From positions 37,815 through 101,814 of the forward strand of contig JACRFI010000007.1 of NCBI GenBank assembly GCA_016217965.1: a DNA stretch of 64,000 nt. The letters are read 5' to 3'. The translations under genes were made by a program, and so were the position numbers. How positions within the stretch are numbered: position 1 is the stretch's first letter; the number at the start of each line of letters is the position of its first letter. Source of the DNA: Candidatus Kaiserbacteria bacterium (GTDB lineage Bacteria > Patescibacteriota > Minisyncoccia > Phycocordibacterales > UBA2100). Of this stretch, positions 28,257 to 38,033 are shown one piece after another. Below the pieces are notes generated by a model that did no database searches, had not been told where the DNA came from, and saw nothing but the letters and a program-made list of their open reading frames with translations.

Positions 28257-28742
28257 ATGACAAAGGAATTAAGAGACAATAGTGAAAAGCTAAAGGTCAA
28301 AGTTGAACGAAGCACGGGTGATCGAGCAAAGGAAATTTTCGGCAATTTCGTAACCAGTCTAGAAAAAAAATATCCCAACAAAGCGATATTTATCGAAAGA
28401 TATGACGGCGACACTGCATATACAGCAACGGTGAATAATCAGATCGCAGGCGTATTACTCGGATCAGACATGCAGCCAGAAAGGCATTTTAATGGTTCAT
28501 TCATTCTCGTTGATGAGAAATATCGAAGAAGCGATATAGGCAAGTCTCTCATTGATGCCGCAAAATCTGAATTTGAATCGTTCAGCCTGCAGGCGGCGGC
28601 GTTTGCTTTAAATCTAGATAGAGGAGATGCGACCAGTACGAGGAGGAGAAATCGTGCGTTAATTAAATACTACCAACGCATGGGATTCGAGCTCATTGAT
28701 TCGTATCACAATATTATGATCTGGAAGAAAAAATACTTATGA
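28257..28742 (+). CDS. Putative GNAT-family acetyltransferase
   Basis: 'ILVDEKYRRSDIGKSLI' (acetyl-CoA motif A-like) and 'KYYQRMGFEL' C-terminal motif; overlaps purQ start. Confidence 0.4.
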   Translation: MTKELRDNSEKLKVKVERSTGDRAKEIFGNFVTSLEKKYPNKAIFIERYDGDTAYTATVNNQIAGVLLGSDMQPERHFNGSFILVDEKYRRSDIGKSLIDAAKSEFESFSLQAAAFALNLDRGDATSTRRRNRALIKYYQRMGFELIDSYHNIMIWKKKYL

Positions 28743-29509
28743 AAAAACCGAACGCACTCATTTTTTCCGGATACGGGCTCAATTGCGAAGAGGAAACAAA
28801 AGTGGCATTTGAAGTTGCGGGCGCGAAAGCGGATATTGTGCATATCAATGACCTCATCTCAAAGCCGTCGATTCTGAAAAATTATCAGATCGCGGCGATT
28901 CCGGGCGGGTTTGCATACGGCGATGATACCGGGGCAGGGAAAGCGTATGGTGCGAAATTGAAGCAGCATTTGGGAGAAGAGATTGAGAAATTTCTAGAGC
29001 GAGATACTTTGCTTATCGCGATTTGCAACGGCTTCCAAGTTGCGACGAGCGCCGGCATTTTGCCGGGTGCTCTCATTGCCAATGACAATGCGCGGTACAC
29101 GTGTAGGTGGGTGGATTTAAAGGTGACGAGTAACAGTCCGTGGCTGAGGGGTATCAAACAACTTTCGGTCCCGATAGCGCACGGAGAAGGGAAGTATGTC
29201 GCGTCAAAAGAGACATTGAACAAGCTCAAAAAAGAAAAAGCGCTTGCGCTCACGTACGTTAAGGGTGATGTTTCTAAACACTTTGATCTACCTGCGAATC
29301 CAAATGGCTCGACTTTGAATATTGCTGGCGTCACGGCACGGAACGGGCGAGTCATAGGCCTTATGCCGCATCCTGAACGCGCGACTCGTTTTACACATCT
29401 TCCTCACTGGACGTATTTGAAAGAGAAGTTAGTGCGAGAGTGGAAGAAGATGCCCACGGACGGGCCAGGAATTCAGATATTTAAAAATGCGGTACAATAT
29501 TTCAAATAA
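28739..29509 (+). CDS. purQ: Phosphoribosylformylglycinamidine synthase I (glutaminase subunit)
   Basis: Class-I GATase with catalytic 'LIAICNGFQV' and 'GLMPHPER'. Confidence 0.85.
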   Translation: MKKPNALIFSGYGLNCEEETKVAFEVAGAKADIVHINDLISKPSILKNYQIAAIPGGFAYGDDTGAGKAYGAKLKQHLGEEIEKFLERDTLLIAICNGFQVATSAGILPGALIANDNARYTCRWVDLKVTSNSPWLRGIKQLSVPIAHGEGKYVASKETLNKLKKEKALALTYVKGDVSKHFDLPANPNGSTLNIAGVTARNGRVIGLMPHPERATRFTHLPHWTYLKEKLVREWKKMPTDGPGIQIFKNAVQYFK

Positions 29510-29510
29510 T

Positions 29511-30050
29511 ATGAATAAACCACTTGTCGGGATATTAATGGGTTCGGATTCGGACCTCTCGGTCATGAAGGAGGCGGCGGAGGTGTTGAAACAGTTAGGC
29601 GTGGAATCGGAAGTCCACACGCTTTCAGCGCACCGCACACCGGAAGCGGTGGTTGAATATGTCATTGCAAGCGAGGCGGCGGGATATAAAGTCTTCATTT
29701 GCGGCGCCGGAGGCGCCGCGCATTTAGCTGGTGTTGTTGCCGCGCATACCGCGCTTCCCGTGATAGGTGTTCCTTTGATGAGCGAAAAAATGGGCGCTGC
29801 AGGAATCGATGCGCTATTTTCTACCGTCCAAATGCCGCCAGGAATTCCCGTTGCGACAGTTGGCATCAACGGGGCAAAAAATGCTGGAATCCTCGCCGCT
29901 CAGATAATCGGTACTGGCTCAGAACATTCTAATGTTTTGCAAAACATTAGAAGGTACAAAGAGAAGATTGCGAAAGATATCGTTGCGAAAGATACCGAAT
30001 TGCAAGAAAAAGGATTTAAGAAATACTTGGAAGAAAAAGGGTTGATATGA
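29511..30050 (+). CDS. purE: N5-carboxyaminoimidazole ribonucleotide mutase
   Basis: 'VGILMGSDSDLSVM', 'AGGAAHLAGVVAAHTALPVIGVP'. Confidence 0.88.
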   Translation: MNKPLVGILMGSDSDLSVMKEAAEVLKQLGVESEVHTLSAHRTPEAVVEYVIASEAAGYKVFICGAGGAAHLAGVVAAHTALPVIGVPLMSEKMGAAGIDALFSTVQMPPGIPVATVGINGAKNAGILAAQIIGTGSEHSNVLQNIRRYKEKIAKDIVAKDTELQEKGFKKYLEEKGLI

Positions 30051-30895
30051 GTTCATCCGCTGTTGATCGCATCGCGGCTATAAAGAGAACGCGGGCGATT
30101 ACGGCGGATATATTGAGACGATCAATGTCATCTTTACTTGACGGTCGTTCCGAAGTCGATCTAAGAAATGATATTCTCTCAGGAATCGCTGGAGAGAATT
30201 CTCTCTTTCCAAAAGGTTGGTATGATCCTCCACCAGGTGGCACAAGTGTATTATTCGGCACTTCGCCCTTCGATAGATTAAAATACGAGACGATCCGCGA
30301 TCCTTTTTTCTGGCCGAGGGAGTCGTTCCGTTTCGAACGCGAAACAGTGGGGTTTGTGTATGCATCATCAGTTGATACGACTACTGGAATGATGGGTGAT
30401 CACGGGTTCACAGTCTATAGCGGTTCAGATGGCAGGATTGCTCAACATATTCGTCGTGTTTACGAAACGATTTACACTGTGGCTGATCTTGCGCAGGTTG
30501 GAATGAAGTTCTCCGCACTTTATGCCGAAGCAATGCAGGTCTTTAGAAAGCAGCATGTAGCCATCAGATGGATGACGACGCATAATGATACTCAAAAGAC
30601 GAATCTTGGGCATACCGTTCCCGGATCGTTCGACGGTGACGATCCATATCTAGGCACATTCGAAGAAATAAAAGAACGAATAACAAAGGGCAGAATCTTC
30701 ATAAATGAAATTGAAGATTTTTCCATTCTTCCGACATGTGCATTTACCGTTGAAGCGAGGTTGGTGGATACGGAGTATCCGGAACTTCCAAATACATTTT
30801 TCCATTTTATAGTTACGTTTTCAAACGGCCAGAAACATACTCTTTCGGATTTTGATGATATATTTCGGGATGTCGGGATGAGTTACATGCTATGA
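30047..30895 (+). CDS. Hypothetical protein (282 aa) embedded in purine operon
   Basis: Translationally coupled to purE and purM (ATGA overlaps); no recognisable family. Confidence 0.45.
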   Translation: MSSSAVDRIAAIKRTRAITADILRRSMSSLLDGRSEVDLRNDILSGIAGENSLFPKGWYDPPPGGTSVLFGTSPFDRLKYETIRDPFFWPRESFRFERETVGFVYASSVDTTTGMMGDHGFTVYSGSDGRIAQHIRRVYETIYTVADLAQVGMKFSALYAEAMQVFRKQHVAIRWMTTHNDTQKTNLGHTVPGSFDGDDPYLGTFEEIKERITKGRIFINEIEDFSILPTCAFTVEARLVDTEYPELPNTFFHFIVTFSNGQKHTLSDFDDIFRDVGMSYML

Positions 30896-31932
30896 CAAAT
30901 CCAATTTCATATAAAAGTGCTGGCGTTGATAGAGATACTGAGAACCAAACAAAAGAAGAAATGGCGGGTGCACTTGAGACAAGCGATCCGCGGGTTTTGA
31001 ATAAGATCGGGGCATTCGCATCTCTCTACGATGCAAAGTTCTCCGAATACAAGCATCCTGTTCTCGTTTTAAAAACGGAAGAGCCAGGCACCAAGCAGCT
31101 CCTTGCGGCGCAGCACGACCGCATCGAATCTGTCTGCCACGATCTCATAAATCACTTGGTGAATGATTGCATTGTGATGGGTGCAAAACCGCTCTCGATA
31201 CAGGACTGCATCATATGCGGAAAAGTGGAGAAACCCATCGTAGTCCGAATGGTAAAGGCGTTTGCAGAAGCTGCGAAGAACAATGAGTGCACGCTGACTG
31301 GTGGGGAAACGTCGTGGCAGCCGGGCGTTATTCCCGAAGGCACGTACATTCTGACCGCGAGCATCGTCGGCGTCGTCGAGAAGGAGCGCGTTATCGACGG
31401 CTCAAAGATACAGGAGGGAGACACCGTGCTAGCGCTTGCATCAAGCGGCGTACACACGAACGGCATATCCCTGGTACGGAAAATCATTGCGGAGAAGCCA
31501 GAGATAATGAACGAGACGATTGACGGAACACCATTTATTGACGCGGTCCTCACTCCGCACCGTGCGTACTACACCTCGCTAAAGGGTCTGTTCGATAACG
31601 ATGGACTCGTAGGCCTCGCACACATCACAGGCGGAGGCATCGAAGAGAATCTCAATAGGATACTTCCTGAAGGGCTGGCTGCACGGATAGACCGCTCGCT
31701 GATACGGGTACACCCGATATTTGCTGTCCTTAAAAAGCACGGGTCGCTCGATGACAATGACATGCTCCGTACATTCAATATGGGAGTCGGTATTGCCGCT
31801 GTGGTGCGCTCATCGGAGAAAGAGGCTATTATCGCGCACCTTAAGGGCCAAGGAGTAGAAGCGTATGAGATAGGCGCAATAGTTTCAGGAAATAGAAACG
31901 TCGAATTTACCGGTGCATTAAAGTGGGATTGA
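30892..31932 (+). CDS. purM: Phosphoribosylformylglycinamidine cyclo-ligase (AIR synthetase)
   Basis: PurM-family 'DLINHLVNDCIVMGAKP', 'LASSGVHTNGISLVRK'. Confidence 0.85.
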   Translation: MTNPISYKSAGVDRDTENQTKEEMAGALETSDPRVLNKIGAFASLYDAKFSEYKHPVLVLKTEEPGTKQLLAAQHDRIESVCHDLINHLVNDCIVMGAKPLSIQDCIICGKVEKPIVVRMVKAFAEAAKNNECTLTGGETSWQPGVIPEGTYILTASIVGVVEKERVIDGSKIQEGDTVLALASSGVHTNGISLVRKIIAEKPEIMNETIDGTPFIDAVLTPHRAYYTSLKGLFDNDGLVGLAHITGGGIEENLNRILPEGLAARIDRSLIRVHPIFAVLKKHGSLDDNDMLRTFNMGVGIAAVVRSSEKEAIIAHLKGQGVEAYEIGAIVSGNRNVEFTGALKWD

Positions 31933-31936
31933 AGGT

Positions 31937-32815
31937 ATGACGGACGTGAAAAAAGGAAAACTCTTGAATGAGGGAAAGACTAAGAAAATATTTGCAGCCG
32001 AGGGAGACGATTCGTTGGCGATCGTCGAGTACAAGAACGCCATTACTGCGTTCGACGACCCTTCATTCACGAAAGAATTTGCGACCAAGGCGAAATACTC
32101 GAATATCACAACGTCACGTGTCTTTGAGCTCTTGAATGCTGCAGGCATCCCTACTGCGTTCGTGAGGCAACTGAGTGATACAGAATTCCTTGCAAAGAAC
32201 TGCACGATGATTCCGCTTGAAGTGGTTGTGCGGCGGTACGCTGTGGGCAGCTTCTTGAAAAGGCATCCGGAATTCGCGAAGGCGGAAAATGAGCCGCCAC
32301 ATCGCTTCGAACAACCGGTCGTTGAATTCTTTCTTAAAACGACGCGTGGCGGACTTAAGGATGCTGAAGGCGTGATCGTCGAAGGACTCGACCCCAAAAA
32401 AGGCGAGGAAGACCCGTTCATTCCGAATCCTCACGAGGCCGAATGGAAATTGGCGCATCCGAAGAGGCAGGACTCGGATCCGGAGGCCTCGCTAAGCCGC
32501 ACAGTCGATTCTAGACGAGTGCTCGGCAATGGGACGATAGCAGAAATGGAGGATGCGATAACAAAAGCGCTTGTTGCGCTTGAGAGCTTCTTTTCCAAGC
32601 ATCAATTCAAACTTATAGATTTTAAGATAGAGTTTGGCACCACGAAAGACAGCAAGATTGTCATCTCCGACGTAATAGACAACGACAGTTGGCGGCTTCG
32701 AGACAAGGATTGGAACGACGTCAGTAAGCAATCATTTCGCGATGGGGGAGCGCTCTCGGAGATAGAAGATAAATACGCACTCGTTGCGGAGCTCATGCAA
32801 GAAGCTTCTGTCTAA
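31937..32815 (+). CDS. purC: Phosphoribosylaminoimidazole-succinocarboxamide synthase (long, eukaryote/archaea-like form)
   Basis: 'LNEGKTKKIF', 'LEVVVRRYAVGSFLKR', 'ISDVIDNDSWRLRDK'. Confidence 0.8.
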   Translation: MTDVKKGKLLNEGKTKKIFAAEGDDSLAIVEYKNAITAFDDPSFTKEFATKAKYSNITTSRVFELLNAAGIPTAFVRQLSDTEFLAKNCTMIPLEVVVRRYAVGSFLKRHPEFAKAENEPPHRFEQPVVEFFLKTTRGGLKDAEGVIVEGLDPKKGEEDPFIPNPHEAEWKLAHPKRQDSDPEASLSRTVDSRRVLGNGTIAEMEDAITKALVALESFFSKHQFKLIDFKIEFGTTKDSKIVISDVIDNDSWRLRDKDWNDVSKQSFRDGGALSEIEDKYALVAELMQEASV

Positions 32816-33895
32816 TTACTCCCAATACTCGTACGTCTCGACAGTGCCGTTGTTGTAATAGACGGTGTCGTTGAAGTAGTAGTTCTCTGCGTAATCATAG
32901 TAACTTTCGTTGTATCCATAGTTGGATTCTGCGTATCCTCCGTACGTATCCCACTCGTCGTACGTTTCGTCTGCCTGGCTACCTCTGCCGCACCACCAGT
33001 CCCACCAACAATCCTCACGCGCATCACCGGTAACCTGATAGTATCCGCGCCTCTCATCGTATGCGTCGTATAAACTTTCCCCGTAGCCGCCATAGAGTTC
33101 TTCCTCGTAGTACTCGTCCGCGTACCCATCATAAAATGATTCCCCATATGTATCGTAGTATTCATCGTCGATGATGACATCATATTCGTCATCCCAATAT
33201 GTTGTGTACTTGTCGCTATCGAAGCCGTCGTAATAGTATTCGTCCTCGAAGTACCACTCATCCTTTTGGTTGCTGCTCGTATTGTTGCCTGTTTGCTTAT
33301 TACCACTCGGGACGAAAGGCGCGAACAGAGATTGGGCAACTTGCGGGAAGTATCCGTATGGTGATTGTTTCTGCTGCACCGTGACATGCGCTGACCCGGT
33401 GCAATTTCCACCTGGTCCGCTTGCGGAAAGAGAATATGTCGTCGTCATACTTGGCTGCACAGTGCGTGTCCCGCTTGGAGCGACTTGTCCCAACCCGGAT
33501 ATGAAAAGCGATGTGGCATACGAAGAACCCCAGGAAACCGTTGCATTTTGCCCCTGCGTTATCGTCTGCGGCCACGCGGTGATAAAGCATGACGGCCTCC
33601 CTTCTGTCACGTGCACGGCAACATCGCAGGTAGATTGGCCAGTTTGTCCTTTGACTGTCAGCCTGAATGTGCGCGACTCATTCACCGGCAACGTGCGGCT
33701 TCCTGACGTCGGCACTGCGCCAAGAAGATCGAGCGAAGCAGATGAGGCGCCAAAAGACGACCATGTAAGGCGGACGCTCTCGCCAGAAACGACTGTTCCC
33801 GGTTCTGCTTTTATTGAGCAGCGGATAGTCTCGTTTTGCGCACCTACCGCAAATGGCGTTAACAAAAGGACGCTCACAAAAAACGCACGATACAT
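32816..33895 (-). CDS. Secreted protein: signal peptide, two Ig-like domains (…SW.S..A.SC…TTTY.L.C.GPGG…) and a ~170-aa Tyr/Asp/Glu-rich low-complexity C-terminal tail
   Basis: N-terminal 'MYRAFFVSVLLLTPFAVGAQ'; domain motif shared with the 56438..58450 protein; tail e.g. 'DEWYFEDEYYYDGFDSDKYTTYWDDEYDVIIDDEYYDTYGESFYDGYADEYYEEELYGGYGESLYDAYDE'. Confidence 0.6.
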   Translation of the reverse strand: MYRAFFVSVLLLTPFAVGAQNETIRCSIKAEPGTVVSGESVRLTWSSFGASSASLDLLGAVPTSGSRTLPVNESRTFRLTVKGQTGQSTCDVAVHVTEGRPSCFITAWPQTITQGQNATVSWGSSYATSLFISGLGQVAPSGTRTVQPSMTTTYSLSASGPGGNCTGSAHVTVQQKQSPYGYFPQVAQSLFAPFVPSGNKQTGNNTSSNQKDEWYFEDEYYYDGFDSDKYTTYWDDEYDVIIDDEYYDTYGESFYDGYADEYYEEELYGGYGESLYDAYDERRGYYQVTGDAREDCWWDWWCGRGSQADETYDEWDTYGGYAESNYGYNESYYDYAENYYFNDTVYYNNGTVETYEYWE

Positions 33896-33995
33896 GCGTA
33901 TAGTATAAAGCCAACAACAGGAGAGTAGTGCCACACTGTGGAGAAACCGGACATTTTGATGTATAGTGCTATATTAGAAGACGAAACATCGCAGT

Positions 33996-35396
33996 ATGCC
34001 TCAAGGGAATCAGGCCGCGATAACATCTATAGACGGGCGCTACCGTGCGCTTGTCGAGGAACTCTCTCAGCATTTCAGCGAATACGCACTCCACAAAAAC
34101 CGGGTTCGAGTTGAATGCGAATACCTCATCGCGCTTTCGGAAACAGAAGGCACGGGCGTCAGAGCCCTCAGCAGCGAAGAAAAAGATATGCTCCGAAGCA
34201 TTGGGGCACGCTTTTCCCACGAAGATGCGGACACCGTAAAAAAAATAGAGAAGGAAGGCCACGGTGAAATTCCCGCCACAAACCATGATGTCAAAGCCGT
34301 CGAATATTTTCTGAAGGGGAAACTTGAAGAAACGTCACTGAGGGATGTAAAGGAGTGGCTCCACTTTGCACTGACGTCCGAGGACGTGAATTCAGTTGCG
34401 CATGCCCTCTCTCTTCGAGGCGCACTGGAAGAAGTTATTCTGCTTGCACTCGACGACATCCGGGAGCGTCTTGACTCCATGGCTAGCGAACATGCGGCAG
34501 CGCCAATGCTCGCAAGGACGCACGGCCAACCCGCCTCTCCCACGACGTTTGGAAAAGAGATGCGCGTGTTCGAGCGCCGGCTCGAAAGACAACTTCGGGG
34601 AATAGGCGTGTTGCCCATTCTCGTAAAGTTTGGCGGCGCCACAGGGAACTGGAACGCGCATGTAGCAGCGCTTCCAGACATTGGCTGGGTAGAATTCAGC
34701 AGAAAATTCGTAGAGCGATTCAATGCAGATTCTGCCATAGAGATCGCACTGAACGAATACACGACGCAGATAGAACCGCACGACACCTATGCCGAATTGT
34801 TCGACGCGATGCGCCGCATCAACACCATACTTATGGATCTCTCGCAGGACATGTGGCGCTACATCAGCGACGGATGGGTAGTTCAAAAGCCAAAAGAAGG
34901 GGAAGTCGGTTCTTCGACCATGCCGCACAAAGTAAATCCGATAGATTTCGAGAACGCCGAAGGGAACCTGGGGGTTGCGAATGCGCTTTTCAATCATTTC
35001 TCGAACAAGCTTCCAATTTCGCGCTTGCAACGAGACCTGTCGGATTCGACGGTGGAGCGTGTTTTTGGCACCGCATTTGCACACTCGTTAGTCGCATACA
35101 AATCGTTGCTGAGGGGGATAGGAAAAGTGAGCGTGAATAGGGATGCCTTGCAGAGCTCGCTCGACGCGCATCCGGAAGTCCTCGGAGAGGCGATACAGAC
35201 GGTCCTCCGGAAAGAAGGCGTCCAGGTTCCATACGAAAAATTAAAAGGACTTACCCGCGGCAAAAAGATAACGCTTGCCGATTTCTCCGCGTTCATTGCG
35301 TCTCTTGAGGTTTCTGATGTTGTGAAGGAGAAGCTAAAAGCGTTGCGCCCGCATTCATATGTTGGGCTCGCTGTCGAGATTGCAAAGAAGAGATGA
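33996..35396 (+). CDS. purB: Adenylosuccinate lyase
   Basis: Fumarate-lyase signature 'GSSTMPHKVNPIDFENAEGN'; 'TSIDGRY' N-terminus. Confidence 0.9.
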   Translation: MPQGNQAAITSIDGRYRALVEELSQHFSEYALHKNRVRVECEYLIALSETEGTGVRALSSEEKDMLRSIGARFSHEDADTVKKIEKEGHGEIPATNHDVKAVEYFLKGKLEETSLRDVKEWLHFALTSEDVNSVAHALSLRGALEEVILLALDDIRERLDSMASEHAAAPMLARTHGQPASPTTFGKEMRVFERRLERQLRGIGVLPILVKFGGATGNWNAHVAALPDIGWVEFSRKFVERFNADSAIEIALNEYTTQIEPHDTYAELFDAMRRINTILMDLSQDMWRYISDGWVVQKPKEGEVGSSTMPHKVNPIDFENAEGNLGVANALFNHFSNKLPISRLQRDLSDSTVERVFGTAFAHSLVAYKSLLRGIGKVSVNRDALQSSLDAHPEVLGEAIQTVLRKEGVQVPYEKLKGLTRGKKITLADFSAFIASLEVSDVVKEKLKALRPHSYVGLAVEIAKKR

Positions 35397-35402
35397 AAAA
35401 AA

Positions 35403-35425
35403 GCCGCCGCGACTAGCGCGGCGGC
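35403..35425. terminator. GC-rich hairpin (gccgccgcg-acta-gcgcggcggc) directly after purB; A-run on + side / T-run on - side
   Basis: Perfect 9-bp stem with A6 upstream; would give a U-tract for the minus strand rather than plus. Confidence 0.35.
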
Positions 35426-35651
35426 ACCCCTCCTTCCGACCTCTAATTCCCTCGGATGCGGGCCCGAACTATTGGTAGCAGCGAATGCAACGGACAATTC
35501 GGGTCCGGGCGAGAGAACGAGTGGCCCGATTGGGGGCATGTACACTTCACCTCCGTGATCGTGATGCGAGACGGCGGTGTTGCGGGCTTCTTTTTGTCAT
35601 CCTCGGCCATAGTAGCCTCCATGGCGTTGGTTTGAGTCTTGCACATGCAAA

Positions 35652-35672
35652 ACCCCCTCTCAGCGAGAGGGG
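35652..35672 (-). terminator. Rho-independent terminator candidate for the hybrid histidine kinase gene
   Basis: Stem ccccctctc/gagaggggg followed on the minus strand by UUUUG. Confidence 0.45.
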
Positions 35673-35809
35673 GCTAGGTTGATGAAATGTATTGTGGCAT
35701 CAGCACAGTCCTCTCTCGCGAGAAAGGTGCGCGTGATGCATGGATGTCAATTTCGTACCCATGGTGGCAATGTACCGTAAGGCTGGTCGCTGTCAACGCG
35801 GCGAATCAC

Positions 35810-37816
35810 TCATATCTTTTCCAATATACTTTGGAGCTCGGCAATATCTACCGGCTTCAAGAGGTGGTGCGAGAACCCAGCTTCGAGCGAACGCCTCACA
35901 TCTTCGTCCGCACCGTACCCAGAGAGCGCAATGAGGTGCGGCCGGTTTTTGGGGGGTGTCTTTTGCCGTATCTTTTCCGCTATTTCTCGCCCTCCGATGT
36001 CGGGGAGCGCGATATCGAGAATTGCGACGCCAACATCATTTGCAGCGATGTGGTGAATTGCGGACGCTCCGTCATACACAGCCGTGGCGTGGTATCCGTG
36101 CCGGGAGAGAAGTTTCGCGAGTGCATCTGCCGCTTTTTTGTTGTCATCAACCACAAGAATTGAAAGCGTCTTGTCAGTGCGTTTTTCTTTGGCGGCGGGC
36201 AGTTCTATGACTTTCTCTGAGGTTTCGAGAGGGAGGGGAGCGGGGACAAGAGGAAGGGAAACAGTAAATATGCTTCCTTGCTTTTCACCCGCGCTTTCCA
36301 CTTCAAACGTTCCTCCATGCATATCGACTAGGTGCTTAACGAGTGGAAGCCCGACGCCGAGCCCTGAACGCGGATGCAGAACTACCGCCACGGTGCTGCT
36401 TTCTTGGCCCAAAAGATTCCGAATGTGTTTCTTTGAGATACCCACACCGGTATCTTTTACAGATATCACCACCATTGAACGTTCGCCTTTGGACGTGAGC
36501 GTGATGCGACCTCCAGGTTCCGTATATTTCGCCGCATTCGAGAGTAGATTGACAACAATCTGTTTTATTCTGCTCCGGTCTCCATTCACATAGAAAGCCC
36601 TCGGCTCGCACTTCATCTCGAACACGTGCTGACGTTCGTGCATAATGGGTCTAAAGCTTTCCCCTGCTTCCTCGAGGATGGGTGTAACATCGACAGTTTG
36701 TTTCCGGAGGATCATGCGCCTGCGCCTAATGCGCGACAGATCGAGAAGGTCCTCAAGGAGTGCAGTTGCATGCCGGAGCTCAAGCCGCATGTTCTGGAGC
36801 ATGTGCTTCTCTTCTTGTGGACGATCATCGAGTTGGAGAAGTTGAAGATAACTGAGGGTGGAGGCAAGAGGATTTCGCAGCTCATGCGAGAGTGACGCTA
36901 AAAAATCATCTTTTGCCTGATCCGCTTTTAAGAGTGCAGCCGCTGCGGAGCGCCTCTCGGTTACCATTGCAGAGAGGACGAGCGCTGACATCGCTGCGAC
37001 GATGAGAAATGCTTGGAGGTATAAGACGGCGACTTCGGGAGGAAATTCCGCGAATCTACCGTATCCATTCAGAGTTCCGCCAATAGCCAGCGCCGAAAAG
37101 AGCAAGATGCCGCTCGCCGTCTCACGTGTTGAAAACCGCAAGATAAGCCAAACAAGCGCAGGTGCGGCAAGAAAGTCGAATGAGAAGTTTACAGGCCCAA
37201 ATACGACGAACGCAGTTGCGAATATCGCTGCAATGACGGCGAGAATCTCAAGAAATTGGAGAGCGCTCCACTCGACGCGGAAATTTCCCCACCATGTGAG
37301 AATAAAAGGTGCGACAAGAAGTGCTCCGCCTACATCACCCAGCCACCACGCGAGCCAGATAGGTTGTGCATCAGAGGTTTCAGCGAAGCCTCCAAGGAGC
37401 AATGATCCAACGCCGATAGAGGCGCTGATAGTCGACGCAATGAGTGCGGAGACCGTGAAAAGAAATACTGTATGCGCGCGCGAGAACGCATGCACGCCAC
37501 TCGCAAATGCTTGCACCAGATACGCGAGCACAAGCGCTTCGAGCGTGTTGCCAAGAGCGATGCCGAATGAAGTGAAAAGATTGCCTTCGGTTGTGATGTT
37601 TGCGAGGAAGGCTCCAGCAAAAATGCCAGGCCAAAAGCGGAATCCAAAGATGAGGAGCGCGACGAATGAGATTCCGGTTGGCGCCCACACAGTTGTTGCA
37701 CTCGGATGCACGTATGCTATCGAGAGCCCGAATTTTGCCGTTGCGAAGTAGAGTATTGCGAGTAGCGCGATGCCTCCGAAATATTCAAGAAACCGGCGCC
37801 ATGCGCTAGGTTGCAT
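35810..37816 (-). CDS. Hybrid sensor histidine kinase/response regulator with N-terminal MASE1-like membrane sensor
   Basis: ~8 TM N-domain, 'LSHELRNPL' H-box, HATPase 'GLGVGLPLVKHLVDMHGGTFEV', C-terminal receiver 'ILVVDDNKKAADALAKLL...ILDIALPDIGG...LKP'. Confidence 0.85.
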   Translation of the reverse strand: MQPSAWRRFLEYFGGIALLAILYFATAKFGLSIAYVHPSATTVWAPTGISFVALLIFGFRFWPGIFAGAFLANITTEGNLFTSFGIALGNTLEALVLAYLVQAFASGVHAFSRAHTVFLFTVSALIASTISASIGVGSLLLGGFAETSDAQPIWLAWWLGDVGGALLVAPFILTWWGNFRVEWSALQFLEILAVIAAIFATAFVVFGPVNFSFDFLAAPALVWLILRFSTRETASGILLFSALAIGGTLNGYGRFAEFPPEVAVLYLQAFLIVAAMSALVLSAMVTERRSAAAALLKADQAKDDFLASLSHELRNPLASTLSYLQLLQLDDRPQEEKHMLQNMRLELRHATALLEDLLDLSRIRRRRMILRKQTVDVTPILEEAGESFRPIMHERQHVFEMKCEPRAFYVNGDRSRIKQIVVNLLSNAAKYTEPGGRITLTSKGERSMVVISVKDTGVGISKKHIRNLLGQESSTVAVVLHPRSGLGVGLPLVKHLVDMHGGTFEVESAGEKQGSIFTVSLPLVPAPLPLETSEKVIELPAAKEKRTDKTLSILVVDDNKKAADALAKLLSRHGYHATAVYDGASAIHHIAANDVGVAILDIALPDIGGREIAEKIRQKTPPKNRPHLIALSGYGADEDVRRSLEAGFSHHLLKPVDIAELQSILEKI

Positions 37817-38033
37817 AGAGGTTTATGGATGCGGCGGGCCGAGGGTATATTGCGGCAATCGTGTTGCTCGTTGCATAGTAGAAATGGTAGCACTCTGCGA
37901 GAGACAGGTCCTGTTGGAACACGGTTGTCGACGAATGTCCACCTCGCTCGATGCGTGAGCCGTCTTGATGGCCCACATGTTCATAGACGCAGCGGCGCAG
38001 TACACTCTTTCCTAACCCAAACGGGGGTGTCTA

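Noticed and set aside
34067-35084. Two long minus-strand ORFs (239 and 230 aa)
   Set aside because: Antisense to purB, which has unambiguous fumarate-lyase signatures
37002-37751. 249-aa plus-strand ORF
   Set aside because: Antisense to the hybrid histidine kinase membrane domain; Ala/Arg/Ser-rich shadow ORF
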